DNA of 64,000 bases from Candidatus Cloacimonadales bacterium (GTDB lineage: Bacteria; Cloacimonadota; Cloacimonadia; Cloacimonadales; JAIOQZ01). How positions within the stretch are numbered: position 1 is the stretch's first letter; every line of letters starts with the position of its first letter. The DNA lies in the NCBI GenBank assembly GCA_963662655.2, contig CAXXTU010000002.1:320001-384000 (forward strand). Reading direction: 5' to 3'. Positions 58,687 through 64,000 of the stretch are shown here, piece by piece. The translations under genes were made by a program, and so were the position numbers. Below the pieces are notes generated by a model. The model was not told where the DNA came from, did not search any database, and saw nothing but the letters and a program-made list of their open reading frames with translations.

Positions 58687-61644
58687 ATGATCGACAAGCA
58701 GCTTATCGAATTCTATACGCGTTTCAAATTCGGTGAAGACAACTTTCACAACCTCATGCATAAACGCATCCGCAGTGTCCTCCTCATTGCAAGCTATTAC
58801 GACGCCTATATCCTCGAACAGGACGGACGCTTGTCCGAGCAGATAGTGGGCGAATATCGTCAGCTCGATTTGAGCATGAGTCCGATGATAACCACCATGA
58901 TGCCGAGTGAAGATATCGACGCAGCGCTGGACGAGAACGAGTTCGACCTGGTGGTCATGATGATGAGACTGGATGCGAAAGAGGTCTTTAATATAGCCGG
59001 ACGCATCAAAGACCGGGATCCCGCATTACCGATCGTGCTTCTTCTCAACCGTGAGTCGTACAACATGGCGCTCTTCAGACGGTCGGACATCGGTCTCTTC
59101 CGGGATTTCTTCTTGTGGATGGGAGACGCTCGTCTCTTTGTCGCGATGATCAAGTCCATCGAGGACGAGAGGAATGCCGATTACGATACGGTGAACGGGA
59201 ATGTGCGGGTGATTTTGCTTGTCGAAAATTCCACCTACCAGTATTCCAATGTCCTCCCGAACCTATACGCCGAGATCATGACCCAGACGCAGCGATTGAT
59301 TCTTTACGAGAACAACGATGTGAACAAGCGGCTATTGATGCGTACGCGCCCTAAGGTCATTCTCGTCCACAATTACGACGATGCCATCGAGATGTACAAG
59401 AAGTACCGTGAATTCCTGCTGTGCGTGATGTCGAACGTCAACATGAAGCGCGGGGACAAGTTCGATCCCAAGGCTGGATTGCGTCTATTGCGCAGAATTC
59501 GTAGCGAGAACCCGAATCTGCCGTTGCTTCTGATGTCGGTCGACCGAGCCAATCTCAAGTACGCGGATCAATTGCACGCGGCGTTTCTGGATAAAAATTC
59601 GCAGCGTTTCAATATTAAGATGAGACGCTTTATTACTCATTTCCTGGGATTCGGGCCGTTCATGTTCAGGCTGGAGAACGGGCACGAAATCAGCCGGGCT
59701 TCGTCGCTGGAGGAGTTCGAAAACCAGCTTCGGACCATACCGAATGAATCGCTGTTGTTTCACTCGAGGCAGAATCACTTTTCCACGTGGCTTACTGCAC
59801 ACGGCTATTATCACGTGGCTCAGGAGATCCTTACAATCACTCCCGACGACTTCGGCAGCACGGACGAGCTTCGTTCTTATCTGGTCAATGTCTTCGACGA
59901 CATCCGCTTCAAGCGAAATCGCGGGAAGGTGATCAACTTCGACGTGGAAAGCCTCGATACCGGCGACCGGATCGTGTTGCTTTCGCAGGGGTCCCTGGGG
60001 GGAAAGGGGAGAGGTCTCGCCTTCTTGAACGCACTACTGACGACGTTGAATCTCGAAAAAGAGTATAACAAGGTCAGCATAACCATTCCCAAGACGGTTA
60101 TCGTTGGTACGGACGAGTTCGATCGGTTCGTTGAGGACAACGGCATCCACGAGACAGCCCTGAATGCGACAAGCGAGGACGTGGTGCGGATTTTCAAGAA
60201 TGGGAACCTGAGCCGGAAAATGATGGATCGCCTGGATCTGTTCCTCCGGAAAGCCGTTTATCCACTGGCGGTGCGCTCGTCCGGGCTTCTGGAAGATTCA
60301 CAGTCGCAGCCGTTTGCAGGTGTTTATGATACTTACATGCTTCCGAACAATGATCCCGATATCGGTGTTCGGTTGGAGCAATTGGCAAGCGCGATCAAGA
60401 TGGTTTATTCGTCGCCGTTCCGCAAGGATCAGCGGAACTATATCGAGAGCATCAATTACAAGCTTCAGGAAGAGAAGATGGCGGTGGTTATTCAAGAGGT
60501 CGCCGGCAAGGAGTATATCGAAGGAGTCCATTTCCCGCTGATATCGGGCGTTGCTCAATCGCATAATTTCTATCCGGTCTACACGGAGCCCGAAGACGGT
60601 GTCGCGCATATCGCTGTCGGGCTGGGAAGAATCGTGGTGGAAGGTGAGAAGACGTTCCAGTACTGCCCGGCTAAGCCAGGCATCGACGTGCTGAGAATCG
60701 AAGACATCGTCGAGAGCAGCCAGGATGAATTCTATGGGCTGGACCTTTCGCAGAAGGCATTCGACGTATGCCTGGGGGAGGATGCAACGCTTCGCCGGTT
60801 GACAATTTCCAGCAAGCTGAAGGAGAGCGTTTTTCTGCCGGTAACATCGGTGTACGATTACCAGCGCAAGCAATTCCTGGATGGTAAATACATTCAGGGA
60901 CCGCGTGTGATAACTTATCGTAATCCCATTCGATATGGGGATTTTCCGCTCTCGGGAATTATCAGCAGGATCCTTGATTTGGGAGAAGCAGCGCTAGGCG
61001 TACCGGTGGAGATCGAATTTGCCGTCGATTTACAGGGCCGGAGAGGGAAGCCGGTCTTCACGCTTCTGCAGATCCGACCGCTGTTCGTCCAGAAGGACGC
61101 GCTGGAGATCAATCTGGATCAACTGGATCGCGATCGGTTGATCGTGCTCTCCACGCAAGCGCTAGGCAACGGGAGTATCGAGGGAGTCCACGACATCGTT
61201 TACCTCGATGTGAACAAGTTCGATGTGACGCGCACTGTCGAGATGAAGGACGAGCTTGAAAAGATCAATCAACTGCTGAAGGAACAAGACCGCAACTATG
61301 TCCTGATCGGCCCAGGGCGCTGGGGATCGAGCGATCGATTTCTCGGGATCCCCATCAAATGGACGCATATCGACATGGCGAAGGTTATCATTGAAGCCGG
61401 GCTGCCGAATTTCCAGGTAGAGGCGTCGCAGGGGAGTCATTTCTTTCATAATCTTGTCGCGCTTAATATAGGCTATTTCAACGTCCCGTATCGTTCTGGA
61501 GAGAGTTTCATCGACTGGGAGAGGATTGGCCGGTGCGATGTGGAGCGGTCCTGGAATTATTTCAAGCTCATTCATAGAGAGAAGCCGTTCAGGGTCATGA
61601 TGGATGGCCGGAACCGCAGGGGAATCGTGAGTCTGGGAGAGTGA
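58687..61644 (+). CDS. Receiver-like domains fused to PEP/pyruvate-binding (PPDK_N) domain
   Basis: SLGGKGRGLAF, AVRSSGLLED, GPGRWGS, SQGSHFF. Confidence 0.85.
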   Translation: MIDKQLIEFYTRFKFGEDNFHNLMHKRIRSVLLIASYYDAYILEQDGRLSEQIVGEYRQLDLSMSPMITTMMPSEDIDAALDENEFDLVVMMMRLDAKEVFNIAGRIKDRDPALPIVLLLNRESYNMALFRRSDIGLFRDFFLWMGDARLFVAMIKSIEDERNADYDTVNGNVRVILLVENSTYQYSNVLPNLYAEIMTQTQRLILYENNDVNKRLLMRTRPKVILVHNYDDAIEMYKKYREFLLCVMSNVNMKRGDKFDPKAGLRLLRRIRSENPNLPLLLMSVDRANLKYADQLHAAFLDKNSQRFNIKMRRFITHFLGFGPFMFRLENGHEISRASSLEEFENQLRTIPNESLLFHSRQNHFSTWLTAHGYYHVAQEILTITPDDFGSTDELRSYLVNVFDDIRFKRNRGKVINFDVESLDTGDRIVLLSQGSLGGKGRGLAFLNALLTTLNLEKEYNKVSITIPKTVIVGTDEFDRFVEDNGIHETALNATSEDVVRIFKNGNLSRKMMDRLDLFLRKAVYPLAVRSSGLLEDSQSQPFAGVYDTYMLPNNDPDIGVRLEQLASAIKMVYSSPFRKDQRNYIESINYKLQEEKMAVVIQEVAGKEYIEGVHFPLISGVAQSHNFYPVYTEPEDGVAHIAVGLGRIVVEGEKTFQYCPAKPGIDVLRIEDIVESSQDEFYGLDLSQKAFDVCLGEDATLRRLTISSKLKESVFLPVTSVYDYQRKQFLDGKYIQGPRVITYRNPIRYGDFPLSGIISRILDLGEAALGVPVEIEFAVDLQGRRGKPVFTLLQIRPLFVQKDALEINLDQLDRDRLIVLSTQALGNGSIEGVHDIVYLDVNKFDVTRTVEMKDELEKINQLLKEQDRNYVLIGPGRWGSSDRFLGIPIKWTHIDMAKVIIEAGLPNFQVEASQGSHFFHNLVALNIGYFNVPYRSGESFIDWERIGRCDVERSWNYFKLIHREKPFRVMMDGRNRRGIVSLGE

Positions 61645-61971
61645 GCCTTGATGTTCGTTGCACCTTCGCCCAATCGCCCTCTCCGCCGTGGATATACCAC
61701 ATCCAGTTATCCACTCTCGTTGTTTCGCTTCGTGAAAGAGTTTCGTTCGAAGAAATCGTATTGACTATGCAAAGCCGAAAATTGGATGTGGAACACCACG
61801 TCTGCGAGGGCGATTGAACGAATCTGCTAACGAACTCGTTGTAAAGGGTGAGTACGTGTTTGCAGCAACGCGTTATTTAATTTCATGGCTTTTTTACAAA
61901 TGTATTGACAGGAAATACCCCTAACCAATTCCTTACCTTCAAGTTGTGAATTAAATAAAAACGGAGGAAAA

Positions 61972-62250
61972 ATGCCGAATCATAAGTCATGTGAAAAACG
62001 GTTGCGTCAGGACAAGATGCGTGGAGCCCGTAACCATTACGTAAAAAATACGATACGCACACTTTCGAAAAAGATGTTGAGCGACATCAGTGTCGAAGAG
62101 AAAAAAGAACTCATGCGGGATCTGTTTTCCCAGCTTGATAAAGCTGCGAAGAGAAATATCATTCACAAGCGCACCGCATCTCGCCGCAAGTCACGTCTTG
62201 CCAACTATTTCAAAAAAGTGATGGCTGAGCAAGAGCAGAAAGCCGAGTAG
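61972..62250 (+). CDS. rpsT: 30S ribosomal protein S20
   Basis: MPNHKSCEKR...LDKAA...IHK-x-x-ASRRKSRL; GGAGG RBS. Confidence 0.95.
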   Translation: MPNHKSCEKRLRQDKMRGARNHYVKNTIRTLSKKMLSDISVEEKKELMRDLFSQLDKAAKRNIIHKRTASRRKSRLANYFKKVMAEQEQKAE

Positions 62251-62289
62251 TATTTCGACGGAACTAATCATCGAGATGAGATCATATAC

Positions 62290-62316
62290 AGGCAGGCGTA
62301 ACAGCCTGCCTTTTTT
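62290..62316 (+). terminator. Rho-independent terminator after rpsT
   Basis: GGCAGGC/GCCTGCC stem plus T6. Confidence 0.85.
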
Positions 62317-62469
62317 CACACATGACCATTTCCGCTTTGAAGATTAATGAAACAGTGAGATAATGGATGCGGAACTGGTCTCAAGGAACGATTTCCCGAT
62401 CGGCCATTTTCATTTGGCGGTTCTTTAATCGGGACATCGAATAAATACGATTACAGGACGAAAAATAGA

Positions 62470-63408
62470 ATGCTTGGATTTATTAAATCATTGAAGAAGC
62501 GCCTTGCCAAAACGCAAAATCAATTCATCGGCAAGATCGCCGAGACCATACGCTTACGTGGAAAAGTAGACGAAGAGTTGATGGAGGATCTGGAAGAGGT
62601 TCTCATTCAGGCGGATGTGGGCGCCGACCTCAGCATGGACATCATCGATAAGCTCAGGGAGTACGTCAGGTTGCACAAGGAGAAGGATCCAGCGGAGGTC
62701 GAGAAAGCGTTGATCCGAATCATCAGCGAGATATTGATCGAAGAATACGCGGATGAAGACGTTGAGCACCCCATAGGCTCGACCAAGCCGTACGTGATTC
62801 TCTTCACCGGCGTGAACGGCGTGGGTAAAACGACGACAATCGGCAAGCTTTCGGCGCGGTATGTCCGGGAAGGCAAGAAAGTGTTGCTGGTAGCGGGGGA
62901 CACCTTCCGCGCGGCGGCGATCGAGCAATTGGGCATCTGGGCGGACCGAGCGAAGGCGGAGATCGTCCGGAGCGAGCAGGGAGCCGATCCGTCATCGATC
63001 GTGTACGACGGTTTGATGGCCGCGAAGACGCGCGGATTCGACGTCGTACTGATCGATACCGCAGGTCGCCAGCACACCAAGGTGAACCTGATGAGCGAGT
63101 TGGGTAAAATCGACCGCACGATCAAGAAGGTGATCCCTGACGCCCCGCATGAATCAATCCTGGTGGTGGACGCCACGACGGGTCAGAACGCGATCACCCA
63201 GGCGAGGATGTTCAACCAGGCTTCGAAGCTCTCCGGCCTTGCGCTAACCAAGCTGGACGGAACGGCGAAGGGCGGAATCATCCTTGGAATCAAGCACGAG
63301 CTGGATATCCCGGTGCGCTTCATCGGAGTTGGTGAGCAGATCGACGACCTGCGCGATTTCAACGCGGAGGAGTTCTCGCAAGCGCTTTTCGGTACGATTG
63401 AAGATTAA
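62470..63408 (+). CDS. ftsY: Signal recognition particle receptor FtsY
   Basis: GVNGVGKTTT, DTFRAAA, DTAGR, TKLDGTAKGG. Confidence 0.97.
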   Translation: MLGFIKSLKKRLAKTQNQFIGKIAETIRLRGKVDEELMEDLEEVLIQADVGADLSMDIIDKLREYVRLHKEKDPAEVEKALIRIISEILIEEYADEDVEHPIGSTKPYVILFTGVNGVGKTTTIGKLSARYVREGKKVLLVAGDTFRAAAIEQLGIWADRAKAEIVRSEQGADPSSIVYDGLMAAKTRGFDVVLIDTAGRQHTKVNLMSELGKIDRTIKKVIPDAPHESILVVDATTGQNAITQARMFNQASKLSGLALTKLDGTAKGGIILGIKHELDIPVRFIGVGEQIDDLRDFNAEEFSQALFGTIED

Positions 63409-63475
63409 GCTTTACAAAGACGACGAATAGCGTAAAATTCATCATACACTTTCAGTGGAATAACGAGCGAGGTGG

Positions 63476-64000
63476 ATGATGAAAAGGATGATCACGCTTT
63501 TAATGGCTCTTTATCTCGTAACGTTGTGCGGACAAAGCGACTACGAGAAATGGGCGCAGCAGCAGTCTCAGGAAATGCAGCGCTACATGAGCGAGCAGGA
63601 CGCTGCATTTACCGATTTCCTGGAAAAGGAATGGACGGCATTTCAGGCATCGACGGGCAAGAAGCGGTTCGAGCAGCCCAAGCCCGTAACGCCTCCTGAG
63701 GTCGAACCTGCGCCTGAACCGGATTTCCCGGATGAAATCGCTATCGACTCGATTCCACTCCCGCAGCCGGATAAAGAAATCAAACCTCTGATCGTCGCTC
63801 CGGTGCAGGATGCGTCGGGCAACGTCCGGATGCGTTCTTTCCTTGATCGGGAGGATGTTCCCGAGATCGAGGAACAGGCCGTGACCATCGATTTCTACGG
63901 CATCTCCACAGCGGTACGGATCGACAAGGACAAACTCGCCTCTGCTGTACATTCAGCCGGAAAGGATGCCATTGCAGGCTTCTGGAAGGATTCGGCCGCC
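63476..64000 (+). CDS. Exported hypothetical protein, runs off window end
   Basis: MMKRMITLLMALYLVTLCG signal peptide, GAGG RBS, frame open to the end. Confidence 0.65.
   Translation, partial: MMKRMITLLMALYLVTLCGQSDYEKWAQQQSQEMQRYMSEQDAAFTDFLEKEWTAFQASTGKKRFEQPKPVTPPEVEPAPEPDFPDEIAIDSIPLPQPDKEIKPLIVAPVQDASGNVRMRSFLDREDVPEIEEQAVTIDFYGISTAVRIDKDKLASAVHSAGKDAIAGFWKDSAA

Overview
Bacterial chromosomal window, possibly Cloacimonadota-like (inference from protein types only). 0-24 kb is host DNA: a tightly linked signalling plus GT2/TolC/HlyD putative exopolysaccharide operon (4.4-15.7 kb), tilS-hpt-ftsH-hslVU and tRNA-Arg(CCG). Directly after the tRNA lies a ~21 kb minus-strand siphovirus-like prophage remnant (about 24.73-45.54 kb). 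It begins with a TGT-started end carrying helically phased 21-bp repeats and encodes DUF3164, a protease-scaffold-capsid fusion, a -1 frameshift tail chaperone, a Dam moron and an AT-rich Lamassu/ABC-3C-type defence cassette. An ISL3 element without target duplication cuts off the early half of the prophage. The rest holds a frameshifted CoA-disulfide reductase, an ABC permease, an ErcA-like ADH with a multi-PAS kinase, a REC-PPDK-like protein, rpsT and ftsY. Two intergenic elements 46 kb apart share a four-way cloverleaf fold but differ in sequence, and several other structured intergenic elements are present. All family assignments come from motif recognition by eye, not database searches.
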